From the IMG/VR virus record IMGVR_UViG_3300017739_000035, positions 1 to 36,534 of that record: 36,534 nt of DNA, one strand, 5' to 3'. A program made the position numbers and the translations under genes. The DNA comes from a virus. Taxonomy: Duplodnaviria; Caudoviricetes. Shown piece after piece: positions 25,559 to 35,875 of the stretch. Below the pieces are notes generated by a model. It was not told the origin of the DNA, did not search any database, and was given only the letters and a program-made list of their open reading frames with translations. The first letter of the stretch is position 1. The number at the start of each line of letters is the position of its first letter.

Positions 25559-25981
25559 ATCTAAAGTATATTTTAAAGTTTCTTTTGAGTTTGCAGTTTT
25601 AACTTCGTCGTCGTTAAAAGTTATTCTGGTTTTTTTAAAAAAAGGTACAAAGATTATATTTTTGTAAGGAAGACAAACTAAAGCATAAAGATCTATATTG
25701 TGTGTACCTTTTGTGCCATATCTTCTTTCTTTAGTATTGCCACCCCTTCTAATATCCCAACACCAACCGGTCCTATAATGTCTGCCGTTATGTTTAGATA
25801 TATATTTCTTTTTTTTAGTAACAGTTTTTACTTGGCATTTATACAAAATATTTTTGTATTCAAAAACTATATCAGCGTGAGATCCGTGTGGCATTGTAAC
25901 TAGATCTGATCCAAATGAGTAAAGAAAAGAAGCTGTTAAATGTTCTCCGCATTTCCCAACTCTTTCTGTAGGGCAAGGCAT
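25529..25981 (-). CDS. PD-(D/E)XK endonuclease (PDDEXK_5-like)
   Basis: GKCGE, ADIVFE...CQVKT, IDLYALV. Confidence 0.75.
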   Translation of the reverse strand: MPCPTERVGKCGEHLTASFLYSFGSDLVTMPHGSHADIVFEYKNILYKCQVKTVTKKKKYISKHNGRHYRTGWCWDIRRGGNTKERRYGTKGTHNIDLYALVCLPYKNIIFVPFFKKTRITFNDDEVKTANSKETLKYTLDLIKQNQLVS

Positions 25982-28900
25982 TAATCCGTACTACGCTGTT
26001 CTTTCTCCCATGCCTTTCTCCAGGAAGGACTATATACCGGACTGTTTTCATCATACATGATAGCGTCAAGAGTCATTTGCCTTGCATTTTTTCTAAGCTC
26101 TCCCATTAATTGTTCAAATCCTTCCCTTCTAAATCTTGGCGGATCATTACTAGAAAATGTTGAAATTAATGCTTCAAACTCTGATCTAGAGTTCATAAGA
26201 TCTAATCTATCCAACATATATTCGTATTGTTTTTCGTTTAATTCTACTCCGTCTAATTTTCTATTCATTTTACCTGGAAAATAATTTGCGTCAGCAAAAG
26301 CAGTTAGTATGGGATCTGGTTCTGCCGTACCAACAGTTATAGGAGAAAACACTTGCGGACCTTGTTTTCTTCTTAACATTTTTTCTCCAAAAATATTTCT
26401 TCTGATAGGCATACCTTGATTGCTAAAGAAAGGTAGGTCGTCCATTATTTTATCTACAGCTTTTCTGGTATCTCTTAAAAATGGATCATTAACATCATTA
26501 ATGTTTCTAAACATTGTAGGTACAAAAGATCCTAAGAAATTATTTACATAAGTTTCTATGCCTGTAGGAGTTTCTGAGTCTATAGCACTTACTAAATCTG
26601 TAATACCTCTAAAGAAAGTTTTATCAGTTAAGTTTCTTTGCAAAGAATTAGTTAATCCTATTAACATATCAAAAATACGAGTTCCTAGTTTGTCCTGTAA
26701 AAACTTTCCGTCTTCTCCGTAAAATTCTGGATTTCTATAAATTTCTTCCATTATTTGTTGCATATCAGCGGCAATTCCAAAAATCATAGCAGTAGGTTCA
26801 AACCTAAAAAACTCATAACTTTTGCCGTCTGATGTTTTGAATGAATAAGGAACATTAGATCTGTCTTGAAGCCATAATCTTCTTTCTTGCCTGTCTATAG
26901 GCCCACCGCCAACAATCTTTTTTTCTGACGCTAACTGATAAGCTAAAACTGCCAATCCTGTTCCTAAAAGTGTTTTTGCTATTGCCGCATCTCGTTCAGC
27001 TCCTTGTTTTCTTAAAACATTTACAACACCGGCAGGAGATCTTTCTAAATAATATTTAACAATATTTACCGGAGTTCTTACAAAAGGCACTACAAATTTG
27101 AGAGCTTTTAATGGGCCGTTTAATTGTCTTTGAAAACTTCTTCCGGTAGGGCCAAGATTGTTTGTAAATGTTTGATAGCGTCCTTGTTCTAATGCAATTT
27201 CTTCAAAGTCTTTGCCTAAAACACCTGCTGTCGGTGTTTTTTTGTGATCCATGACAAGACTATTTACTCTTTTCATAAATTTTATAGGATCTTTAATTCC
27301 TTCTTTTGCCGCTATATCGAAGGCCTTGCCATAAACATTTTGATTGTAAGCTAGTTGTTTAAAAAATACATCTCCTGCTAATAAACCTCTGCCTGGCAAT
27401 CTAATAGTATCTCCAATAATGTCGTAACCAAAAACTTTTAATTTTGTATTAATTGATTTTTGCCTAGCTAATTCTAATTTTGTATTTGGATCTTTTACTA
27501 AATCTGGGTTGTAAAATACTTTTGCCGCTGTTTTTAAAGCATCTCTTAATCCATAAATAGTAGCAAAAGCGTTACCATTTGCTTCTGAAAAAGAGAGTCT
27601 TCTATCGGGATCTTTTCTTCTGCCTACTGAAATTGCCGCTTGAGCATACGCTTCTACAGGCCTAAAAGCCGCTACTATAGCATTACTGCCCATATTTACT
27701 GCTTGTGTAGGAATACCAGAAAGCAAAGCATTTATCCAAAATTCTTGTGCCATGTCTAAAATAGTTGGCGGTCTTACTGCACTTTGAGCATTAATAGCAA
27801 TTTGTTCTGGAGTTTCTAATTTGGCCGCATTTCTTATTCTTGCTTCTATATTTTGCAAACCTTTATTAGTAACTTGTCTTTGTTTAACAATATCATCTAC
27901 AAATTCTCTAGCTTGTTTTGGTGTTAAATTATCAACATCATATTTAAAAGAGTTTAGTAATTGACCTGCATAAGAAGTTTCTCCAACAAGTCTTTCTCCT
28001 ACAGCTCCCAGATCCATTTCTAATAATTGAAAATTGTATAATTGTTTATTAGAAGGCGTTTCTCCTGCTTCAAGTAATATATTTAATTCTTCTCCTAATT
28101 CTTTTGTTTGTTTTGCTAAATACTGCAACATCATTCTAGCGGCCATAAGTTCTTGCGGAGTAAATTTTATATTTTTAGGAGCATTAATAAATTTATCTAT
28201 AGTCAATCCGCTAGTTAAAGCATCTTCTCTTAACAATTTTCCGTCAGGACCAAATTGCATTTGATTTCTAGCTTTAATCCAATCTCCATTTTTTATGGCC
28301 TGTCTAGTTAGAGCTTGTATATCTCCTTTAGAAAAATCATATTTTTCCAAATTAATATTTACTACTTTATTAGGATCTCCAGGATCAAAGTCTGGCGGTG
28401 GCCCGTCGTCTGATCTAGGTGGTGGTGGTGGTCCAGGCGGAACATCAGCTCCTTCTCCTAATGGCAATCCTTTATCTCCTCTTAAATTAGCAGGAACAAG
28501 TGTTTTTAAAGCAGTTATTATTGGATCATCTGGCTCAAATCTTTCAGAAGTATTTTTTATAAAATTATTAATAACTTCGTCTAATTGTGCATCTGTCAGT
28601 TCATCTGGATCAAATCCCAAGTCATTAATAAGTCTTCTTTCTTCATCTATACCTTGTAATAATTGTTCGTATTCTAATAATTTAAAATCATCTTTTGGAC
28701 TTGGAGCATCTTCTGCTATTAGTCTTGTTAATACATTGTATGCAGAGTTAGTATCATCTCCTTTTTCTAAAACTTGTTGAGTATTATCATATTGAATTTC
28801 ATAACCCTTGCGTTCCATGTCTTCTGCTAAGTTGTCCCAAAATTGTCCGTCTAAAACTTCATCTTGCTCCGTTTTTTCTCTTAGATCTTTTTGATTTTGT

Positions 28901-30330
28901 GTTTCATATCTGCTTTCTTTTCCTTTGCCACGAAGATAAGCTCTACTAGGTCTTCCTCTACTATCAGTTAAACCTAAAGACTCTCCTATTTCGCCTACTT
29001 TTAATTGAGCATAGGTAAAAGGTTTTATTTTTCTTAAAATTTCTTTAGCAGTAATTACTTTAGGATAATTTGGTTCTTGTAATCTATTAGCTGAAGGACT
29101 ATCTGGTAGTTTTTTTGCTTTAAATTTTTGAAAATCTTTATTAGCTCTAATTTTAATTTTTGTAATTTCATCTGCTAAAAATTGTTTATTTAATTTTGGA
29201 TCTTCAAACTTTAAAGCAGGATCAATGTCAGATCTAAACAAACGAGAATATCTTTCAAAAATGTTTTTAAATTTATTACTATAATCTCTAGTATCTAAAA
29301 ATTTATTAAATTCAATATCATCTGGCCCATATACTTCTTTTTCTAAATATTTATTTGTATCTGAAACATCTACATCTAAAGATCCGTCTTCTCTATAAAC
29401 AGGAGTATCTAATTTTTTTTCGTTTATAATTTTTTCTGATTGGCTAGTAGGAGGTTCTTCTGGCAATTTAGGCCCAACAAATTCTTCTTCAAAGATTTGT
29501 TCTTTTTGTATTTTGTCAGCTATCTTTGCTTCTTGCTGTTTAACAGATCTAATATCAAAATTTCTGCCTAAAAAACCAACAATAGGACTAAGAAGCGATC
29601 CTATACCTGCTCCTTCTATAGCCATTTTAAATCTACTTTGAGCTACAGAGTCGTCTGGATCTGCTTTTAAATATTCAGCTACAGGGCCAACAACAAAAAC
29701 ATCTGGACCAAAAGTATCATATAAAAGATTAGATAACCTTTCTTCTTCTGGATCAAAAGAAGTTTGTTCAGCAATACTACCTATAGTTCCATATCTTACA
29801 ATATCAGACGCAGTTCTATCCGCTATATCTTTAACAGCTCCTACCTTATCAGTTTTGTAACCAGGAACCATAAGTCTATTATATAAACCCCTTACAAAAG
29901 AAGGGCCTTGCGTTGCGGCAATTTGGGGACCTCGTATTATTTTATCAAAACCAATAAAATCAGGAAGAAACTGAATAATATCTCTAGCAAAAGATCCGCC
30001 AAAATAAGTTGGTTCTGGTATTTCTGGTAATCCGTCTTCTCCATAAAGTTTTTTATTCAAAGCATTTACTATTTGCATTTGTGTCAGGGGATTATTAATA
30101 CTTGGGCCTATTACGCCACGATCTCCCATTTCAGCTAGGTCTTCTACAAGGCCAAGTTTGGATTGTCCGGAGTCCCTTAATCCACCGATAACTGTTCTAT
30201 AAAAATTACCTATAGGTCCGGGATTTTCGGGATTTGTTTCTAGCTCGATTTGAGCTTGTTCGTCTATATCTGTTACGGGGACTTCTGAAACTTCAAGATT
30301 TCCTTCTAGCCAATCTTCATAAGCTCCCAT
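25981..30330 (-). CDS. Large internal virion / DNA ejection protein
   Basis: 1449 aa, last gene of the tail operon; WINALLSG, VPFVRTPVNI, PYSF..RFEP motifs typical of podovirus internal proteins. Confidence 0.7.
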   Translation of the reverse strand: MGAYEDWLEGNLEVSEVPVTDIDEQAQIELETNPENPGPIGNFYRTVIGGLRDSGQSKLGLVEDLAEMGDRGVIGPSINNPLTQMQIVNALNKKLYGEDGLPEIPEPTYFGGSFARDIIQFLPDFIGFDKIIRGPQIAATQGPSFVRGLYNRLMVPGYKTDKVGAVKDIADRTASDIVRYGTIGSIAEQTSFDPEEERLSNLLYDTFGPDVFVVGPVAEYLKADPDDSVAQSRFKMAIEGAGIGSLLSPIVGFLGRNFDIRSVKQQEAKIADKIQKEQIFEEEFVGPKLPEEPPTSQSEKIINEKKLDTPVYREDGSLDVDVSDTNKYLEKEVYGPDDIEFNKFLDTRDYSNKFKNIFERYSRLFRSDIDPALKFEDPKLNKQFLADEITKIKIRANKDFQKFKAKKLPDSPSANRLQEPNYPKVITAKEILRKIKPFTYAQLKVGEIGESLGLTDSRGRPSRAYLRGKGKESRYETQNQKDLREKTEQDEVLDGQFWDNLAEDMERKGYEIQYDNTQQVLEKGDDTNSAYNVLTRLIAEDAPSPKDDFKLLEYEQLLQGIDEERRLINDLGFDPDELTDAQLDEVINNFIKNTSERFEPDDPIITALKTLVPANLRGDKGLPLGEGADVPPGPPPPPRSDDGPPPDFDPGDPNKVVNINLEKYDFSKGDIQALTRQAIKNGDWIKARNQMQFGPDGKLLREDALTSGLTIDKFINAPKNIKFTPQELMAARMMLQYLAKQTKELGEELNILLEAGETPSNKQLYNFQLLEMDLGAVGERLVGETSYAGQLLNSFKYDVDNLTPKQAREFVDDIVKQRQVTNKGLQNIEARIRNAAKLETPEQIAINAQSAVRPPTILDMAQEFWINALLSGIPTQAVNMGSNAIVAAFRPVEAYAQAAISVGRRKDPDRRLSFSEANGNAFATIYGLRDALKTAAKVFYNPDLVKDPNTKLELARQKSINTKLKVFGYDIIGDTIRLPGRGLLAGDVFFKQLAYNQNVYGKAFDIAAKEGIKDPIKFMKRVNSLVMDHKKTPTAGVLGKDFEEIALEQGRYQTFTNNLGPTGRSFQRQLNGPLKALKFVVPFVRTPVNIVKYYLERSPAGVVNVLRKQGAERDAAIAKTLLGTGLAVLAYQLASEKKIVGGGPIDRQERRLWLQDRSNVPYSFKTSDGKSYEFFRFEPTAMIFGIAADMQQIMEEIYRNPEFYGEDGKFLQDKLGTRIFDMLIGLTNSLQRNLTDKTFFRGITDLVSAIDSETPTGIETYVNNFLGSFVPTMFRNINDVNDPFLRDTRKAVDKIMDDLPFFSNQGMPIRRNIFGEKMLRRKQGPQVFSPITVGTAEPDPILTAFADANYFPGKMNRKLDGVELNEKQYEYMLDRLDLMNSRSEFEALISTFSSNDPPRFRREGFEQLMGELRKNARQMTLDAIMYDENSPVYSPSWRKAWEKEQRSTD

Positions 30331-30342
30331 AATGATATACCA

Positions 30343-31416
30343 CTATTTAACTCTCTGTAAGAAAGAGCTTTCTCTTGCAAAATTCAAAGCATCTGCTTCT
30401 GACTCAGTAACAAAAGATCCGTCTATGTATCTATTTATATTAGGATCTCCTGTTGTATTTTGTCTTCGTAACAAACTATTAAAATCTTGTTTTGCTTTGT
30501 CGTTTTTTACATATTGTTCATAAGTAGTTTTACTCAATATATCTTTTATCATTTTGCCTTCTGCATCATCTGGAAATTTATTAAGATTTTGTTGTAAAAA
30601 ACCAAATGCGTTTGGACTTATTGTTCCCGTTAATATATAGCTATTTAATGTATCTTCTGGTTTGTTACCTTTTGCTTCTCTATTTCCGTATGATAAAGCT
30701 ACAGCATCATTATTCATAATAGCATTTAATTCTGAGTCTGAAAGACTAGGATCTTGTGGAGCTTGTGATCTTGCAAATGATATTATTGCATTTCTATCCT
30801 GGTTTTTTAGATTTTGTGCGTTCATCAAATTTGTTTTGTATTGCAAATCTAACATTTTCATAAAATTACTCATATTAGAAGCATTTGGATCTTTACCTTG
30901 TAAAGCTAAACCTACTTTTGATAGTTTATTAAATGTTTCTTTCCTATCTTTAATTCTTTTTTCTTTTGCATCTCCGGCTCTAATAGTTCCTTGCAAATTA
31001 TTTAATAAAGCTTCTTTATCTAAATTTTGAAACATTAATGGAGCTGAGTTTGCATTTACATTATTAAGTAATGTACTGCCACTAGGTCTAGCAGGGCGAT
31101 TAAACATTGGATTTATAGGACTGTCTGTCATAGCAAGATTTGCTTGAGTTTTCATCATGTCCCTTCGTGTATTATTAACATTATTAGGAGAAATCATATT
31201 GTCATACATACTTCCTGGTTTTGGCGGTATAAAAGTAGCATTAGTTTGCGAACCAGGATTTGCAAAAGTGTTGCCAAATAAAACAGTATTTCTCATTTTT
31301 AAAGCATCTTCATTTTGTTGCAATCTATCTCTGTGATTTTTAAAAGCTGTCAAAGCGTCTGGAGTAACTCCCATATTAGCAAGAGTAAGCATATCTTTAA
31401 ATTTAGGATCTATCAT
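30343..31416 (-). CDS. Putative internal virion (ejection) protein
   Basis: 357 aa Asn/Met/Gln-rich protein in the ejection-gene position. Confidence 0.5.
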   Translation of the reverse strand: MIDPKFKDMLTLANMGVTPDALTAFKNHRDRLQQNEDALKMRNTVLFGNTFANPGSQTNATFIPPKPGSMYDNMISPNNVNNTRRDMMKTQANLAMTDSPINPMFNRPARPSGSTLLNNVNANSAPLMFQNLDKEALLNNLQGTIRAGDAKEKRIKDRKETFNKLSKVGLALQGKDPNASNMSNFMKMLDLQYKTNLMNAQNLKNQDRNAIISFARSQAPQDPSLSDSELNAIMNNDAVALSYGNREAKGNKPEDTLNSYILTGTISPNAFGFLQQNLNKFPDDAEGKMIKDILSKTTYEQYVKNDKAKQDFNSLLRRQNTTGDPNINRYIDGSFVTESEADALNFARESSFLQRVK

Positions 31417-31418
31417 TC

Positions 31419-32318
31419 TTATAAGACTCCGGCCGTTCCGCCTAAAGCTCCTACTCCAGAAAGTAATTTTCCAATATCTGATAGAGATATTGATTTAGAG
31501 CTACTTGTTTTAGTTCTGCCAATTACACTTGGACTAATTTGACCAGAAGCCGCTTGTAAAATTCCTAATCTTTCTAGCGGTATATTTCTTTCTTCGTCAA
31601 ATCTAGCTATATCTGCATCTATTAGTTGTTGGTCCAATCCCCTTCTTCTTGTTCCAAAATCATCTGATAAGTCAAGCAAGTTGTATTGATCTGCTAGTAA
31701 ATTATTTAATAAACCAGATTGTCTATCTAAATTTTGAGCATAAAGATCAGCTCCAATTCTTCTGGATTGATCTATTCTATTTGTATCTGCTTCTAATCTA
31801 CCCATAGCTTTATCAAAAGAGGATTCTCTTAATCCCGCTACTGTTTTAAGCATTTCTTCGTCTAAGGCCCTAGTGCCTTCTTGTTCAAAAATAGCAGATC
31901 TATTTCCGCCAAAAGCTCCGCTATTGATTGCATCATCTTGAATTTTTTGAACACGCATATCTCTTATTCTGTCAAAATCATTAACAACAGTATCTATAAG
32001 CGGATTAGTAAATCTGTTTTCGTAAGCAGTCATGTTTCCGTCCAACAAAGAAGCCGGATTGTAAGAAGGAGCATCTAAACCAATCATTTCCATTAAATTA
32101 GTTCTTGGATCATAAGCCATAGAAGTACCAAAAAGTCTTCTAGCTTCTGCTTCTGCTTCTATTTCTGCCGGAGTTAATCCTGCTACTCTATTTCCAGAAA
32201 ATACAGGCATATCAGCTCCTGCGGCTATTTGGCCAATGTCAGAAGCATCTTTATATAAATCTTCTAAATAAGAAGGGACATTTGCGGTATCTGTTTCTTT
32301 GCTTTTGCTAAAACTCAT
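31419..32318 (-). CDS. Putative DNA transfer/pilot virion protein
   Basis: RVAGLT, Y.N.F, GAFGGNR motif, glycine-rich amphipathic C-terminus. Confidence 0.65.
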   Translation of the reverse strand: MSFSKSKETDTANVPSYLEDLYKDASDIGQIAAGADMPVFSGNRVAGLTPAEIEAEAEARRLFGTSMAYDPRTNLMEMIGLDAPSYNPASLLDGNMTAYENRFTNPLIDTVVNDFDRIRDMRVQKIQDDAINSGAFGGNRSAIFEQEGTRALDEEMLKTVAGLRESSFDKAMGRLEADTNRIDQSRRIGADLYAQNLDRQSGLLNNLLADQYNLLDLSDDFGTRRRGLDQQLIDADIARFDEERNIPLERLGILQAASGQISPSVIGRTKTSSSKSISLSDIGKLLSGVGALGGTAGVL

Positions 32319-32695
32319 AATGTTTTTGTTAAAATAAAATCTCTTTTAAAACCTAAATGTTTTATTTTTCTATGCCAACCTGGTCTGCCACCGCCCATAA
32401 GTTTTGAACAACCTATAGCTCTAGCAAAAACCTCTATCTGTTCTATTATACCTTCTATTTCGTCATATTTACCACCTGCAAAAAGCAAGTTATATACTCT
32501 TTCTTGCGGTAAATTTACTAATTCAGTAATCATGGCAGAGTTTTTTCCAGGCCATAAATGAAAAAATCCATGTCTTATCTTATCTTCTATATCGTCTATA
32601 GTATAAGATTGTTGATATTTTACAGCAGGTTCTATAATTGGTTTACAATGATCCCAATAAACTTCCCATTCTTCTTTTTTAATCTCCTTTTCCAT
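32315..32695 (-). CDS. Conserved tail-region protein, possible GNAT-like fold
   Basis: LWPG.NSAMITE, LFAGG, GCSKL.GGGRPGW..KHLGF; positional analogue of T7 gp13. Confidence 0.55.
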   Translation of the reverse strand: MEKEIKKEEWEVYWDHCKPIIEPAVKYQQSYTIDDIEDKIRHGFFHLWPGKNSAMITELVNLPQERVYNLLFAGGKYDEIEGIIEQIEVFARAIGCSKLMGGGRPGWHRKIKHLGFKRDFILTKTL

Positions 32696-33044
32696 ACTCC
32701 ACTAAACTAACAAAAACATTAATATTTGCATGGCTAACTTGTATTTTTAATGATTGTGCTGATTTTAAAACAAGATCTCTACTTAACAATTCAACAGTAC
32801 CATTTGCCGATATATTTTTTTGTTTAAATAAAAAATGATTAGCAGATCCGGTAGTTACCACAAGATCTACAGTAGTTGCTTGGCCATTATCATCTCCTAC
32901 TAAAATAGACTCTATAACAGAAAAATCAAATTCAGTAGTACCTGGAGCTGTATATATTGTTTCAAATGTTCCTGTGTTAGAAACATCTAATTTTGCATTT
33001 GTTACATTTTGTATGTATTGATTTTTACTAGCAGGTTGTATCAT
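32679..33044 (-). CDS. Small beta-rich virion protein
   Basis: TIYTAP...SILV...LVLKS.QSLK pattern. Confidence 0.55.
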   Translation of the reverse strand: MIQPASKNQYIQNVTNAKLDVSNTGTFETIYTAPGTTEFDFSVIESILVGDDNGQATTVDLVVTTGSANHFLFKQKNISANGTVELLSRDLVLKSAQSLKIQVSHANINVFVSLVEYGKGD

Positions 33045-34813
33045 CTTCGACCTCTAGCTTTTACATCTAGTCTAATTTTTCCTACTTGAAAATCTTGAGT
33101 TACATCTCCTTCTATTTTCATTTGGACTTGTCTAGCTGAAAATCTAGCATCTGTATAACCACTAGCATTAAAGTTAAAACTACCAAAATCAGTTTCAGCT
33201 CCTAATGGATTGAAACGACCTGTAAAACTTAATGTTATTGCCGGTAAATTTGTAGTTTCTTCATCTGATAATATTTGATTTATTTGAGCTACTTTATCCC
33301 CAGATGCTATTTCTAAAGGACCTGTCTTGCAAAAAGGTTTTCTTGAACCTAATCCTGGAGAGTTAAGTAATGGTCTTTTATCATGTTCGTAAATAAATCC
33401 ATTACTATCTGTAGCCAAAGGATTTTTAAATACACCTTGATCTATCCAAGATCCTCTATCTAGCTCTCCTATACTCCAAACATTATCTAAATAATTCCAA
33501 ATAATATATCTATTTGGAGATAATTGAGTTACTTCGCCAACAGGAAAAAACCACCAGATCTCGCTAAAATCTATATTGTGAGCTCCAAAAGTAGCTTGTT
33601 GGGTATTAGTTTGTATATTGTCAAAAATAAAATCATGAACATCTGATTTTAACTCTCTAAGTTGGCCATTGTATGTAAAAAATGAATTTTCACTTATCCA
33701 AGATAAAAAACCACCAGAAGAAATTATTGATCTAGGACTTATTGCTTTACAGTTAATACCTGCATCTTCAATACCATAAACAAAAGGACTTCCAACATAA
33801 TAAAGTTTATTTATGCCTATATCTGTAAAAATAATTATGTCCTTACCAAATCTGTAAGCAAAATTTGCTTTACCACCAGAAGCTAGTTGTAAATTACCTG
33901 CTGTATTTCTAGCAGAAGCGGTCCAAGTAGTATTATCTTCTCTATCTGACCAAGCTATTCTTCTAGGATCTCCTAAAGATCCCAAAGCTATTAAATGTCT
34001 TTCGTTACTTACTACAAGGCCCTGACAACCTGTAGGAGAGTTAGGTATTTGTGTTGCTATAGTATCTGGAACACCGGTATTAGAATTAGGTCGCCATTGA
34101 TATAACTTTCCGTCTGACGGAAAACAAAAAACTAAATGTTCTCCATAATTATCAAAAGAAAAACTTTTAGTATCAAATTGTATTTGTGATTGACTTCTTG
34201 CATCTCCCCAATCTTCTACTCCATAATGATAAGCTCCATAACCAACAGAAGTAATTACATCATCAGCTACAAAACCTGCCGGAGTTATGTCGTACCAAGT
34301 ATCTTCATAAAAAACATTAACACCTGCCCTAGTTCCTACGGCTAAAATTTCTTCTCCATTGTTTGCATTATAAGAATACATACCTATTGGCACACTAGGA
34401 ATTATTATTCTAAAAGCCGAAGAAGTTGCAGAAGAAGTAGCAGATGTAGAAGTTGTAAAAGTAAAAGTTGTAGTGCTTGGAACAGAAGCTATAGAAAAAG
34501 TTTGAGCATTAAGTTCTGTTCCAGGTATTCCTCCGGTAGCTGTATAGTTTTCTATAACAAAAGAAGTTCCTACTGCTAATCCATGTGCGACAGAAGTTGT
34601 CGCTGTTATAGTATTGCTTCCGCTAGTAGTAGTTATAGTTGTAGAAAAAAAAGTTCCTAAAGGATTATTTCTAAATTTGGTCCAACCGCCAAGCGGTTTT
34701 AAATAGCCATTTTCAAAGCGGACAAGATCTCCGTCCACAAATCTATTTTTATTTGCGTAATCAGTTCCGTTTTTAACTATTCCGGCGGGTGGAGTTACTT
34801 CTACTAAAGCCAT
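33041..34813 (-). CDS. Tail tubular/stabilisation protein (P22 gp10 / T7 gp12-like nozzle)
   Basis: 590 aa beta-propeller-like; VRFENG..GGW, IAWSDRED, FSEIWWFFP, WSIGEL.R. Confidence 0.75.
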   Translation of the reverse strand: MALVEVTPPAGIVKNGTDYANKNRFVDGDLVRFENGYLKPLGGWTKFRNNPLGTFFSTTITTTSGSNTITATTSVAHGLAVGTSFVIENYTATGGIPGTELNAQTFSIASVPSTTTFTFTTSTSATSSATSSAFRIIIPSVPIGMYSYNANNGEEILAVGTRAGVNVFYEDTWYDITPAGFVADDVITSVGYGAYHYGVEDWGDARSQSQIQFDTKSFSFDNYGEHLVFCFPSDGKLYQWRPNSNTGVPDTIATQIPNSPTGCQGLVVSNERHLIALGSLGDPRRIAWSDREDNTTWTASARNTAGNLQLASGGKANFAYRFGKDIIIFTDIGINKLYYVGSPFVYGIEDAGINCKAISPRSIISSGGFLSWISENSFFTYNGQLRELKSDVHDFIFDNIQTNTQQATFGAHNIDFSEIWWFFPVGEVTQLSPNRYIIWNYLDNVWSIGELDRGSWIDQGVFKNPLATDSNGFIYEHDKRPLLNSPGLGSRKPFCKTGPLEIASGDKVAQINQILSDEETTNLPAITLSFTGRFNPLGAETDFGSFNFNASGYTDARFSARQVQMKIEGDVTQDFQVGKIRLDVKARGRR

Positions 34814-34822
34814 AAATTAACA

Positions 34823-35755
34823 TTAAGATATTCTTTTCCACATTTTTACAACAATAGAAGGTTGTCTAGCGTCTAAAGTCATAGCTTGTTGTGATTGCAA
34901 TGTTCCAGAGCTATTAAATACTGATGCTGATGTTGCAGGTGGACTATCAGAAGATCCAGAAATTCCGTCTGTATCACACCACCTATTTATGCTGTTTGTT
35001 TGGCCAACATATCCATAAGCTAAATTATAATTTTGACAGTCAGAGTTTGGTACTCCGTGTTTGTGTGGCGGTAAATTATTAACATTAATAGTTTTGCTAT
35101 AAGTTTCTTGGCCTGTGGTAGATCCTAATACTCCGTATGTGCCTGATGTATTATGACCTACTAAAACTCTACCTTGCCCAAATGCTTCCCAAGTTCCTAT
35201 GCCTAAATAAGTTGCAGGATTGTTAGAGTTAGTTGCATTTATATAAATAGATCCTACCGGATAAATTAAATCAAAAATATTTGTTCCGCTTTTTTGTATA
35301 GTTCCTAGCGTATTAAGATTTCCGGTAATTCCAACGCTACTAAAATTTCCTGTAGAAGCAGAATTAGCTCCAACAGGTGTTCCGTCTATAGCTCCGCCAT
35401 TTATATCTACAGTAGGCAAAGTGGCAGTTCCAGAAACAGTAAGACTGTTTAGAGTAGCTAAACCATTAGTTCCTAAAGTAGTAAAAGATCCTGGAGCCGG
35501 TGTACTAGCTCCAATAGTAGTGTTATCAATAGTTCCGCCTTCACAATCAATAGTTCCGTCAATATCCAAAGTTCCGGCTACTTTTAAAGTTTTTCCTGTG
35601 CCTACATTCAAACCTACAGAAGTTCCTGCTCCTGCTGAGTTAAAAATAGCATCTACAGCGTCTAAATTTGCATTGATCTTGCCACCCCAAGTATTCGTAC
35701 TTGCTCCTACTTCTGGCTTGGTTAAATTTAATATATTGGTAAATGTGTCTGCCAT
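34823..35755 (-). CDS. Tail fibre/baseplate-type protein
   Basis: N-terminus paralogous to fibre 994-2532; IDGT.IG repeats; IYPVGSIYI...NP...GTWEAFGQGRVLVG and QPSIVVKMWKRIS collar-type motifs. Confidence 0.8.
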   Translation of the reverse strand: MADTFTNILNLTKPEVGASTNTWGGKINANLDAVDAIFNSAGAGTSVGLNVGTGKTLKVAGTLDIDGTIDCEGGTIDNTTIGASTPAPGSFTTLGTNGLATLNSLTVSGTATLPTVDINGGAIDGTPVGANSASTGNFSSVGITGNLNTLGTIQKSGTNIFDLIYPVGSIYINATNSNNPATYLGIGTWEAFGQGRVLVGHNTSGTYGVLGSTTGQETYSKTINVNNLPPHKHGVPNSDCQNYNLAYGYVGQTNSINRWCDTDGISGSSDSPPATSASVFNSSGTLQSQQAMTLDARQPSIVVKMWKRIS

Positions 35756-35770
35756 AGGTTAAATTATATC

Positions 35771-35875
35771 TTAGTTATGGAATTTTTTTTTAAATTCTTT
35801 TCTTAACAGTATTTCTTGTTCTAGTTTTTTATAGAATTTTTCGTCAATTTTTTTTGTATCTAGTTTTATAGCCAT
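35771..35875 (-). CDS. Small hypothetical peptide (34 aa)
   Basis: MAIKLDTKKIDEKFYKKLEQEILLRKEFKKKFHN; overlaps the upstream stop. Confidence 0.4.
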   Translation of the reverse strand: MAIKLDTKKIDEKFYKKLEQEILLRKEFKKKFHN

